Below are positions 40,025 to 52,900 of a stretch of DNA of 64,000 nucleotides, piece after piece. The stretch lies in NCBI GenBank assembly GCA_965203295.1, contig CBDBCZ010000018.1:1728001-1792000 (forward strand), written 5' to 3'. Origin of the DNA: Nitrospirales bacterium (lineage in GTDB: Bacteria; Nitrospirota; Nitrospiria; Nitrospirales; UBA8639). A program made the translations under genes and the position numbers. The stretch's first letter is position 1, and each line of letters begins with the position of its first letter. The notes below the pieces were generated by a model. The model was not told the origin of the DNA and searched no databases. It saw only the letters and a program-made list of their open reading frames with translations.

Positions 40025-40095
40025 TAAATGCGGGGGCGGGCACGCTACGATATGCGCCGCGCGCGTCAATGCTTTTCGCGCCAGCTCACGCAGCT
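40025..40095. promoter_or_regulatory. CpG-rich promoter-like patch with GC box and E2F-like site (duplicated at ~42678-42745)
   Basis: GGGGCGGG at ~40033-40040 and TTTTCGCGCC at 40073-40082 in otherwise CpG-poor DNA. Confidence 0.45.
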
Positions 40096-42359
40096 CTTGA
40101 CTGTGTAAGAAAGTTGAACTCTCTAGAATTAAAGTGCGGAATAATGAAGTCTCTATTCAAGGAACAGGGAGGTTATAGGTATTATCAAATAATTTGTAGC
40201 AAGACCTGACAGTTCCCAATTTATGCCCCACCAGGTAGTTTCACGAGTTCACATGAAACAGTAATTGATTGTAGGTATCTATCAATAAATAAGAGTAAAA
40301 TGGAAGCGGTAACATACAACAAAGATTATAGAAGTCTGTCAACATTAAGGATTCTGAAGCATCTTGAAGAGGAGTATATATATCGTTATAAGGCCAAACA
40401 AACTTTCATCACAGCCTCTAGCTACCAGGGGGAATAGAGATGAACCAAATTCCCAATTTCATTTCCACCTCTAATTAATTGTACACATTACTTTTCTTGT
40501 GTTTGCCTTTAGTGATTGCTGAAATGAAACATAGGTGGGAGATAATTAGTCACACAGAACACAACTTCAATAAGCAAAGTGGAATGAACCATATCTAAGG
40601 AGCAATGTAAGTAACTATGCCTCATATTGACAGCCAACTTTGAGATCAGTGTATTCCTAGCAGAGAGAATTGGGGAAGTTACTGCTTCCCAATTAATTGC
40701 CTACTCTGACAGAGTGCACACATTAATCTTCTTTAGAGATAGCATATATGTGGGAATAAACAAATTATATGCAGTGCACAATCGTAATATGCTGCTCTAG
40801 AAGGAACTGTGTAAAAAACAGCGTAAGTAAAACCGTACCCATGACAGTCTACTTAGAGATCACACAAAGTCAGGCAAGATATTCCTAGCTAATTAGGAAT
40901 CTGCCAGAGAGAATGGAGAGGAACCAGCTTCCCAATTTCATTCCCTACTCTAATCAATTGTACACGTTACTTTTCTTGTTTTTGCAAAATGTTACTTCAA
41001 AGTTTGCAAGCAGAAAACATAAGTGGAAGATAACTAATTTAGTTACACCTAACACAACTTCCATAAGAAGTCGTGGAATGAACCATCTAAAAAGCACTGG
41101 AACAACAAACAGAACAAAATGTGAGGAAAAGTAAATAACACAATCTCAGTAAGCTTCTCTAGAAGGAACCATGTAAGGAACCGCACCCCTGACAGCCCAC
41201 TTTGTGATAACACAAAGCTAATTGAGAATCTGTCTCTTTACTGCAAAGAGACCAACAGCACAGCCTCTAACTACCGGAGAGAATGGAGAGGAATCAGCTT
41301 CCAATTCAATATACCCACTCTAATTAATGACACACATTACTTTTTTGTGTGTTCGCACAATGTAACTTTAGAGATTGCAGGCAGGAAACAGGTGGGGGAT
41401 GATTAGTCTCACAGAACTTGAAGGAATAATCTACGGAGCAAAGTAAGAAACCGTGCCTCATATTGACAGCCAACTTTGAGATCAGTGTATTCCTAGCAGA
41501 GAAAATTGGAGCAGTTGCTGCTTCCCAAATAATTGCCTACTCTGGTAAGTGCATGCTTTACTCTCCTCATGTTAACACAATGATTCTTTAGGGAAAGGAG
41601 ACAGGACAAATGTAAAAAAAGCAAGTTATGCAGTAAACAATATATTGCAGTAAGCTGCTTTAGAAGGAACTGTAAGGAACCGTACCGCTGACAGCCCACT
41701 TTGAGATCACACAAAGTCAGGCAAGGTATTCCTAACTAATTGGAAATCTGCTTCTTTATTGCAAAGATGCCAACAGCACAGCTTCTAGCTACCAGAGAGA
41801 GCGGAAAGGTACCAGCTTCGCAATTTCATTCTCCACTCTAATTAATTGTACACATTACTTTTCTTGTGATGGCAAAATGTTACTTCAGAGATTGCAGGCA
41901 AGAAACCATAGTTAGTACTCTACAATCTATGACGAAACATAGGACGTGGGGGAAATTAGTCACATGCACAGAACACAAATTCGATATGTAACCGTGGAAT
42001 GAACCATCTAAAAAGCACAGTAGTAACTGTGCTTCATATTGACAAGAAAGATTATAGGCGACTGCCAACATTAAGGAGAAGCATCTAGAAGAGGAGTATA
42101 TCGTTATAAGGCTAAACAAACTTCTATCACAGCCTCTAGCTGCCAGGGAGAATGGAGAGGTACCAAATTTCCAATTTCATTTTCAACTCTAATTAATTGT
42201 ACACATTACTGCTCTTGTGTTTGCCTTTAGTGATTGCTGAAATGAAACATAGGTGGGAGATAATTAGTCACACAGAACACAACTTCAATAGGCAAAGTGG
42301 AATGAACCATCAATAAGCAACCGTTGAAGGAACGTCTAAGGATCAAAGTAAGGAACCGT

Positions 42360-42525
42360 TGTCACAGTAAATTTGATCGCTCGGAAATTTGATCGCGGCG
42401 ACAGAATTTACTAGGAAATACTATCGCCGAGCGATTCAATTTACTAGAAAATACGGTAGCGATAGTATTTCCTAGTAAATTCTGTCGCCGCGATCGAATT
42501 CCGAGCGATCGAATTTACTGTGACA
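42360..42525. mobile_element. Fold-back MITE with TGT...ACA ends and 4-bp TSD CCGT (Ginger-like)
   Basis: ~70-bp inverted arms; CCGT at 42356-42359 and 42526-42529; paralogous empty site aaccgtgcctcatattgacag at ~41449. Confidence 0.85.
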
Positions 42526-43063
42526 CCGTGTCTTGTACTGACAGCCAACTTTGAGATCAGTGCATATTCCTAGCAGAGAGAATTGGAGCCGTACCTCTCA
42601 TTTTATGTATTATTGGTATCGAGAACGCGACAATGAACCGACAGCTAGCTAAGAAAAAGGAACCACGAAGTAAATAAATGCGGGGGCGGGGCACGCTACA
42701 ATATGCGCCGCGCGCGTCAATGCTTTTCGCGCCAGCTCACGCAGCTCTTGACTGCGCAAGAAAGTTGAACTCTCTAGAATTAAAGTGCGGAAGAATGAAG
42801 TCTCTATTCAAGGAACAGGGAGGTTATAGGTATTATTAAATAATTTGTAGCAAGACCTGACAGTTCCCAATTTATACCCAATGCACCTAGCAGTTTCACG
42901 AGTTCACATGAAACAGTAATTGATTGTAGGTATCTATCAATGGATGCATGTAAAGAACTTTGAGATTGTACTTCTGTAAAATGGAAGCGGCAACATACAA
43001 GAAAGATTATAGACGTCTGTCAACATTAAGGATTCTGAAGCATCTTGAAGAGTACATATATCG

Positions 43064-43807
43064 TTATACCACATTACATCACATCCAAGGTGTTTGATTG
43101 GAGCAGAAGAGGAGTATAAAGGGTCATATACTATGTACATTTATGTTTTCATCTTTTAATATACTGCTTTCATGCAGTTTTTATGTATTATGACATCGTA
43201 AATAACTGCTGCCTCTGGGAATGCTAGCCCAGCGTTTCTAGGTACCTACTCCACCCGATTGGTCAAATGTTGTATAAGCCGTATATACCACGCCTAGGCA
43301 AGAAGCGATTGGCTGCCTGTGTATATGTATAGGATATACTCGAAGTATAAACGCGATTACTCCGCTAGGCTGTTTACCCTCGGCTATCGCCTCGGGTAAA
43401 CCGTCTAGCGGAGTATATGTATAGGATATACCGCGTCTACGAGGAGTATAAACGCAGATAAACTCCGCTAGACAGTTTATCCGAGGCGTAGCTGAGGGTA
43501 AACCGTCTAGCGGAGTTTATTGCGTTTATACTCCGATTAGGCGTGGTATATCCGGCTTATATCACAGGCGGCCAATCGCTTCTTGCCGTTTGTCATCGCC
43601 ATAGTTACCATTCAGTAGTATTCATTTATTACGTAAACAAAAAACACGTCAACGAACGTGAAAACACGCATGGAAAACATGAAAACAAAATAGTAGTATA
43701 AACACCTTTATACTCCTCTCTGTAGCCAATGAATTTCTCCAAAAGTGATGTAATGTGATATAACTGCGTTTACACTCCTCGTAGACGTGGTATATCCTAT
43801 ACTTATA
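43064..43807. mobile_element. Composite insertion of two oppositely oriented hairpin-headed elements flanked by TTATA
   Basis: Absent from the paralogous site tcgttataaggcc at ~40383; TTATA at 43064-43068 and 43803-43807; hairpin tips at 43377-43396 (-) and 43481-43498 (+). Confidence 0.8.
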
Positions 43808-43980
43808 AGGCTAAACAAACTTTCATCACAGCCTCTAGCTACCAGGGGGAATAGAGAGGAACCAAATTCCCAATTTCTTTTACACCTCTAATTAATTGTA
43901 CACATTACTTTTCTTGTTTTTGCCTTTAGTGATTGCTGAAATGAAACATAGGTGGGAGATAATTAGTCACACAGAACACA

Positions 43981-46900
43981 ACTAACATCATTCAAACTAA
44001 ACAAGCCTTTCAATAACCAGTTCTTTTCCTAAACAGTTAGAAAGGGTCAGATCAATGGTAGCTAGTTACTTTGGCTGAAAGTCTTTGCCTGAGACCAACA
44101 AAACTAACAATTTTCAATAAAATCCTTCTTTCCTAATCTTCAGACTAACCTCAACCAAACTAAACAAGCCTTTGAATAACCAGTTCCTTTCTTGAACATC
44201 GACACTTTCTAAACATGTATTGTATCCGACTAACATCATTAAAACTAATCAAGCCTTTGAATAACCAGTTCTTTTCCTAAACAGTTGGGAAGGGTCAGAT
44301 CAATGGTAGCTAGTTACTTTGGCTCAAAGTCTTTGCTAGAGACCAACAAAACTAACGATTTTCTATAAAATACTTCTTTCCTAATCTGCAGACTAACATC
44401 AAGCAAACTAAATAAGCATTTGAATAACCAGTTCCTTTCTTGAATATCGATACTTCCTAAGCATGTATTGTATCTGACTAACATCATTCACACTAAACAA
44501 GCCTTTGAATAACAAGTTCTTTTCCTAAACAGTTGGGAAGGGTCAGATCAATGGTAGCCAGTTACTTTGGCTGAAAGTCTTTGCCTGAGACCAACAAAAC
44601 TAACAATTTTCAATAAAATCCTTCTTTCCTAATCTTCAGGCTAACATCAACAAAACTAAACAGGCCTTTGAATAACCAGCTCTTTTTTCTAAACAGTTGG
44701 GAAGGGTCAGAAAAAGGGTAGCAAGTTACTTTGGCTTAAAATCTTTGCTAGAGACAAAAAAACGAACAATTTTAAATAAAATCCTTCTTTCCTAATCTTA
44801 AGACTAACATCAACCAAACTAAACAAGCCTTTGAATAACCAGTTCCTTTCTTGAATATCTACACTTCCTAAACATGTATTGTATTTGACTAACATCATTA
44901 AAACTAATCAAGCCTTTGAATAACCAGTTCTTTTCCTAAACAGTTGGGAAGGGTCAGATCAATGGTAGCCAGTTACTTTGGCTGAAAGTCTTTGCCTGAG
45001 ACCAACAAAACTAACAATTTTCAATAAAATCCTTTTTTCCTAATCTTCAGACTAACATCAACCAAACTAAAAAAAGGCTTTCAATAACCAGTTCCTTTCT
45101 TGAACATCGATACTTCCTAAACATGTATTGTATCCGACTAACATCATTAAAACTAATCAAGCCTTTGAATAACCAGTTCTTTTCCTAAACAGTTGGGAAG
45201 GGTCAGATGAATGGTAGCTAGTTACTTTGGCTAAAAGTCTTTGCTAGAGACCAACAAAACTAATGATTTTCTATAAAATACTTCTTTCCTAATCTGCAGA
45301 CTAACATCAAGTAAACTAAACAAGCCTTTGAATAACCAGTTCCTTTCTTGAACATCGAAACTTCCCATGCATGTATTGTATCTGACTAACATCATTCAAA
45401 CTAAACAAGCCTTTGAATAAAAAGTTCTTTTCCTAAACAGTTGGGAAGGGTCAGATCAATGGTAGCCAGTTACTTTTGCTGAAAGTCTTTGCCTGAGACC
45501 AACAAAACTAACAATTTTCAATAAAATCCTTCTTTCCTAATCTTCAGACTAACATCAACCAAACTAAACAAGCCTTTGAATAACCAGTTCCTTTCTTGAA
45601 CATCGATACTTCCTAAGCGTGTATTGTATCTGACTAACATCATTCAAGCTAAACAGGCCTTTGAATAACCAGTTCTTTTTCTAAACAGTTGGGAAGGGTC
45701 AGATAAATGGTAGATAGTTACTTTGGCTTAAAGTCTTTGCTAGAGACCAACAAAACTAACAATTTGCAATAAAATCCTTCTTTCCTAATCTTCAGACTAA
45801 CATCATTCAAACTAAACAAGCCTTTGAATAACCAGTTCTTTTCCTAAACAGTTAAAAAGGGTCAGATCAATGGTAGCTAGTTACTTTGGCTGAAAGTCTT
45901 TGCTTGAGACCAACAAAACTGACAATTTTCAATAAAATCCTTCTTTCCTAATCTTCAGACTAACATCATTCAAACTAAACAAGCCTTTGAATAACCAGTT
46001 CTTTTCCTAAACAGTTAGGAAGGGTCAGATCAATGGTAGCTAGTTACTTTGGCTTAAAGTCTTTGCTAGAGACCAACAAAACTAACAATTTTCAATAAAA
46101 TCCTTCTTTCCTAATCTTCAGACTAACATCATTCAAACTAAACAGGCCTTGGAATAACCAGTTCTTTTCCTAAACAGTTGGGATGGGTCAGATCAAAGGT
46201 AGCTAGATACTTTGGCTTAAAGTCTTTGCTAGAGACCAACAAAACAAACAATTTTCAATAAAATCCTTCTTTCCTAATCTTCAGACTAACATCAACAAAA
46301 CTAAACAAGCCTTTGAATAACCAGTTCCTTTCTTGAACATTGATACTTCCTAAGCATGTATTGTATCTGACTAATATCATTCAAACAAAACAAGCCTTTG
46401 AATAACCAGCTCATTTTCTAAATAGTTGGGAAGGATCAGATCAATGGTAGCTAGTTACTTTGGCTTAAAGTCTTTGCAAGAGACAAACAAAACTAACAAT
46501 TATCAATAAAATCCTTCTTTCCTAATCTTCAGGCTAACATCAACAAAACTAAACAGGCCTTTGAATAACCAGTTCTTTTTCTAAACAGTTCGGAAAAGTC
46601 AGATAAATGGTAGCTAGTTACTTTGGCTTAAAGTCTTTGCTAGAGACCAACAAAATTAACAATTTTCAATAAAATCCTTCTTTCCTAATCTTCAGACTAA
46701 CATCATTCAAACTAAACAAGCCTTTGAATAACCAGTTCTTTTTCTAAACAGTTAGGAAGGGTCAGATCAATGGTAGCTAGTTACTTTGGCTGAAAGTCTT
46801 TGCCTGAGACCAACAAAACTAACAATTTTCAATAAAATCCTTCTTTCCTAATAATCAGACTAACATCAAGCAAACTAAATAAGCATTTGAATAACCACTT

Positions 46901-49900
46901 CCTTTCTTGAACATTGATACTTCCTAAGGATGTATTGAATCTGACGAATATCATTCAAACAAAACAAGCCTTTAAATAACCAGCTCATTTTCTAAATAGT
47001 TCGGAAGGGTCAGATAAATGGTAGCTAGCAACTTTGGCTTAAAGACTTTGCTAGAGACCAACAAAACTAACAATTTTCAATAAAATCCTTCTTTCCTAAT
47101 CTTCAGGCTAACATCAACAAAACTAAACAGGCCTTTGAATAAACAGTTCTTTTTCTAAACAGTTGGAAAGGGTCAGATAAATGGTAGCTAGTTACTTTGG
47201 CTGAAAGTCTTTGCTAGAGACCAACAAAACTAACAATTTTCAATAAAATCCTTCTTTCCTAATCTTCAGACTAACATCAAGCAAACTAAATAAGCATTTG
47301 AATAACCAGTTCCTTTCTTGAACATTGATACTTCCTAAGGATGTATTGAATCTGACGAATATCATTCAAACAAAACAAGCCTTTAAATAACCAGCTCATT
47401 TTCTAAATAGTTCGGAAGGGTCAGATAAATGGTAGCTAGCAACTTTGGCTTAAAGACTTTGCTAGAGACATACAAAACTAACAATTTTCAATAAAATCCT
47501 TCTTTCCTAATCTTCAGGCTAACATCAACAAAACTAAACAGGCCTTTGAATAAACAGTTCTTTTTCTAAACAGTTGGAAAGGGTCAGATCAATGGTAGCT
47601 AGTTACTTTGGCTGAAAGTCTTTGCCTGAGACCAACAAAACTAACAATTTTCAATAAAATCCTTCTTTCCTAATCTTCAGACTAACCTCAACCAAACTAA
47701 ACAAGCCTTTGAATAACCAGTTCCTTTCTTGAACATCGACACTTCCTAAACATGTATTGTATCCAACTAACATCATTAAAACTAATCAAGCCTTTGAATA
47801 ACCAGTTCTTTTCCTAAACAGTTGGGAAGGGTCAGATCAATGGTAGCTAGTTACTTTGGCTCAAAGTCTTTGCTAGAGACCAACAAAACTAACGATTTTC
47901 TATAAAATACTTCTTTCCTAATCTGCAGACTAACATCAAGCAAACTAAATAAGCATTTGAATAACCAGTTCCTTTCTTGAACATCGATACTTCCTAAGCA
48001 TGTATTGTATCTGACTAACATCATTCAAACTAAACAAGCCTTTGAATAACAAGTTCTTTTCCTAAACAGTTGGGAAGGGTCAGATCAATGGTAGCCAGTT
48101 ACTTTGGCTGAAAGTATTTGCCTGAGACCAACAAAACTAACAATTTTCAATAAAATCCTTCCTTCCTAATCTTCAGACTAACATCAACCAAACTAAACAA
48201 GCTTTTGAATAACCAGTTCCTTTCTTGAACATTGATACTTCCTAAGCATGTATTGTATCTGACTAATATCATTCAAAAAAAAACAAGCCTTTGAATAACC
48301 AGCTCTTTTTCTAAATAGTTCGGAAGGGTCAGATCAATGGTAGCTAGTAACTTTGGCTTAAAGTCTTTGCTAGAGACCAACAAAACTAACAATTTTCAAT
48401 AAAATCCTTCTTTCCTAATCTTCAGACTAACATTATTCAAACTAAACAAGCCTTTGAATAATCAGTTCTTTTCCAAAACAGTTGGGAAGGGTCAGATCAA
48501 TGGTAGCTAGTTACTTTGGCTGAAAGTCTTTGCTAGAGACCAACAAAACTAACAATTTTCAATAAAATCCTTCTTTCCTAATCTTCAGACTAACATCATT
48601 AAAACTAAACAAGCTTTTGAATAACCAGCTCTTTTTCTAAACAGTTGGGAAGGGTCAGATAAAAGGTAGCTAGTAACTTTGGCTAAAAGTCTTTGTTAGA
48701 GACCAACAAAACAAATAATTTTCATTAAAATCCTTCTTTCCTAATCTTCAGACTAACATCAACGAAACTAAACAAGCCCTTGAATAACAAACAAGTTCCT
48801 TTCTTGAACATCGATACTTCCTAAGAGTGTATTGTATCTGACTAACATCATTCAAACTAAACAAGCCTTTGAATAACCAGTTCTTTTTCTAAACAGTTGG
48901 GAAGTGTCAGATCAATGGTAGCTACTGACTTTGCCTTAAAGTCTTTGCCAGAGACAAACAAATCTAACAATTTTCAATGAAATCCTTCTTTCCTAATCTT
49001 CAGACTAACATCAACCAAACTAAACAAGCCTTTGAATAACCATGCAGTTCCGGTCTTGAACATCGATACTTCCTAAGCATGTATTGTATCTGACTGACAT
49101 CATTCAAACTATACAAACTATTAAATCTTAAACCAATTACTTTCCTAGACAGTTGGGAAGGGTCAGATAAATGGTAGCTAGTTGTTTTGTTTGAAAGTTT
49201 CCTGAGACCAATAAAGCTAAAATTGTACCAATTATTAGTGAAAACCCTTACTTTCTAAGCATGTATGTAATGTATCTGACTAACATCATTCAAACTAAAC
49301 AAATGATTGAATCATAAACCAGTTCCTTTCCAAGACAGTTGGGAGGGGTCAGATCAATGGTAGCTAGATACTTTGGCTGAAAGTCTTTACCTGAGACCAA
49401 CAAACTAACAATTTTCAATAAAATCCTCCTTTCCTAATCTTCAGACTGACATCAACTAAACTAAACAAGCCTTTGAATAACCAGTTCCTTTCTTGAACAT
49501 CGATACTTCAAAAGGATGTATTGTATTTCACTAACATCATTCAAACTAAACAAGCCTTTGAATAACAAGTTCTTTTCCTAAACAGTTGGGAAGGGTCAGA
49601 TCAATGGTAGCTAGTTACTTTGGCTTAAAGTCTTTGCTAGAGACCAACAAAACTAACAATTTTCAACAAAATCCTTCTTTCCTAATCAATGGTAGCTAGT
49701 TACTTTGGCTTAAAGTCTTTGCTAGAGACCATCAAAACTAACAATTTTCAATAAAATACTTTTTTCCTAATCTGCAGACTAACATCAAACAAACTAAACA
49801 AGCCTTTGAATAACCAGTTCCTTTCTTGAACATCGATACTTCCTAAGGATGTATTGCATTTGACTAACATCATTCAAACTAAACTAGCCTTTGAATAACC

Positions 49901-52900
49901 AGTTCGTTTCCTAAACAGTTGGGAAGGGTCAGATCAATGGTAGCTAGTTACTTTGGCTTAAAGTCTTTGCCTGAGACCAACAAAACTAACCATTTTCAAT
50001 AAATCCTTCTTTCATAATCTTCAGACTAACATCAACCAAACTAAACAAGCCTTTGAATAACAAGTTCCTTTCTTGAACATCGATACTTCCTAGGCATGTA
50101 TTGTATTTGACTAACATCAACAAAACTAAACAAGCCTTTGAATAACCAGTTCTTTTTCTAAACAGTTGGGAAGGGTCAGATCAATGGTAGCTAGTTACTT
50201 CGGCTTAAAGTCATTGCTAGAGACAAACAAAACTAACAATTTTCAATAAAATCCTTCTTTCCTAATCTTCAGACTAACATAAACCAAACTAAACAAGCCT
50301 TTGAATAACCAGTTTCTTTCTTGAACATCGATACTTCCTAAGCATGTATTGTATCCGTCTAACATCATTCAAACTAAACAAGCCTTTGAATAACCTGTTC
50401 TTTTCCTAAACAGTTGAGAAGTGTCAGATCAACGGTAGCTTGTTACTTTGGCTCAAAGTCTTTGCTAGAGACTACCAAAACTAACGATTTTCTATAAAAT
50501 ACTTCTTTCCTAATCTGCAGACTAACATCAACCAAACTAAACAAGCCTTTGAATAACCAGTTCCTTTCTTGAACATCGATACTTCCTAAGCATGTATTGT
50601 ATTTGACTAACATCATTCAAACTAAACAAGCCTTTGAATAACAGGTTCTTTTCCTAAACAGTTAGGAAGGGTCAGATCAATTGTAGCCAGTTACTTTGGC
50701 TGAAAGTCTTTGCCTGAGACCAACAAAACTAACGATTTTCAATAAAATCCTTCTTTCCTAATATTCAGACTAACATCAACCAAACTAAACATGCCTTTGA
50801 ATAACCAGTTCCTTTCTTGAACATCGATACTTCCTAGGCATGTATTGTATTTGACTAACATCATTAAACTAAACAAGCCTTTGAATAACCAGTTCTTTTT
50901 CTAAACAGTTGGGAAGGGTCAGATCAATGGTAGCTAGTTACTTTGGCTCAAAGTCTTTGCTAGAGACCAACAAAACTAACGATTTTCTATAAAATACTTC
51001 TTTCCTAATCTTCAGACTAACATCAACAAAACTAAACAAGCCTTTGAATAACAAGTTCCTTTCTTGAACATCGATACTTCCTAAGCGTGTATTGTATATG
51101 ACTAACATCATTCAAACTAAATAAGCCTTTGAATAACCAGTTCTTTTCATAAACAGTTGGGAAGGGTCAGATCAATGGTAGCCAGTTACTTTGGCTGAAA
51201 GTCTCTGCCTGAGACCAACAAAACTAACAATTTTCTATAAAATCCTTCTTTCCTAATCTTCAGACTAACATCAACCAAACTAAACAAGCCTTTGAATACC
51301 AGTTCCTTTCTTGAACATTGATACTTCCTAAGCATGTATTGTATCTGACTAATATCATTCAAACAAAACAAGCCTTTGAATAACCAGCTCTATTTCTAAA
51401 CAGTTGGGAAGGGTCAGATGAATGGTAGCTAGTGACTTTGGCTTAAAGTCTTTGCCAGAAACCAACAAATCTAACAATTTTCAATGAAATCCTCCTTTCC
51501 TAATCTTCAGACTAACACCAACCAAACTAAACAAGCCTTTGAATAACCAGTTCCTTTCTTGAACATCGATACTTCCTAAGCATGTATTGTATTTGACTAA
51601 CATCATTCAAACTAAACTAGCCTTTGAATAAGCAGTTCTTTTTCTAAACAGTTGGGAAGGGTCAGATCAATGGTAGCTAGTGACTTTGGCTTAAAGTCTT
51701 TGCTAGAGACCAATAAAACTAACAATTTTCAATAAAATCCTTCTTTCCTAATCTTCAGACTAACATCATTCAAACTAAACAAGCTTTTGAATAACCAGCT
51801 CTTTTTCTAAACAGTTGGGAAGGGTCAGATCAAAGGTAGCTAGTAACTTTGGCTTAAAGTCTTTGCTAGAGACCAACAAAACTAATAATTTTCAATAAAA
51901 TCCTTCTTTCCTAATCTTCAGACTAACATCATTCAAACTAAACAGGCCTTTGAATAACCAGTTCTTTTTCTAAACAGTTGGGAAGGGTCAGATCAAAGGT
52001 AGCTAGTAACTTTGGCTTAAAGTCTTTGCTAGAGACCAACAAAACTAATAATTTTCAATAAAATCCTTCTTTCCTAATCTTCAGACTAACATCATTCAAA
52101 CTAAACAGGCCTTTGAATAACCAGTTCTTTTTCTAAACAGTTCGGAAGGGTCAGATAAATGGTAGCTAGTTACTTTGGCTTAAAGTCTTTGCTAGAGACC
52201 AACAAAACTAACAATTTTCAATAAAATCCTTCTTTCTTAATCTTCAGACTAACATCATTCAAACTAAACAAGCCTTTGAATAACCAGTTCTTTTCCTAAA
52301 CAGTTGGGAAGGGTCAGATCAATGGTAGCTAGTTACTTTGGCTTAAAGTCTTTGCTAGAGACCAATAAAACTAACAATTTTCAATAAAATCCTTCTTTCC
52401 TAATCTTCAGACTAACATCATTCAAACTAAACAAGCTTTTGAATAACCAGCTCTTTTTCTAAACAGTTGGGAAGGGTCAGATCAAAGGTAGCTAGTAACT
52501 TTGGCTTAAAGTCTTTGCTAGAGACCAACAAAACTAATAATTTTCAATAAAATCCTTCTTTCCTAATCTTCAGACTAACATCATTCAAACTAAACAAGCT
52601 TTTGAATAACCAGCTCTTTTTCTAAACAGTTGGGAAGGGTCAGATCAAAGGTAGCTAGTAACTTTGGCTTAAAGTCTTTGCTAGAGACCAACAAAACTAA
52701 TAATTTTCATTAAAATCCTTCTTTCCTAATCTTCAGACTAACATCAACGAAACCTAACAAGCCCTTGAATAACAAGTTCCTTTCTTGAACATCGATACTT
52801 CCTAAGCGTGTATTGTGTCTGACTAACATCCTTCAAACTAAACAAGCCTTTGAATAAGCAGTTCTTTTTCTAAACAGTTGGGAAGGGTCAGATCAATGGT

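Larger units (their letters stand above)
39948..43983. repeat. Complex local duplication block
   Basis: 39948-40565 matches 42591-43983 once the 43069-43807 insertion is removed; modules cacagcctctagctacc...taattaattgtacacattact and gacagcc.actttgagatca recur 5-6 times and also at ~31260-31500. Confidence 0.85.
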
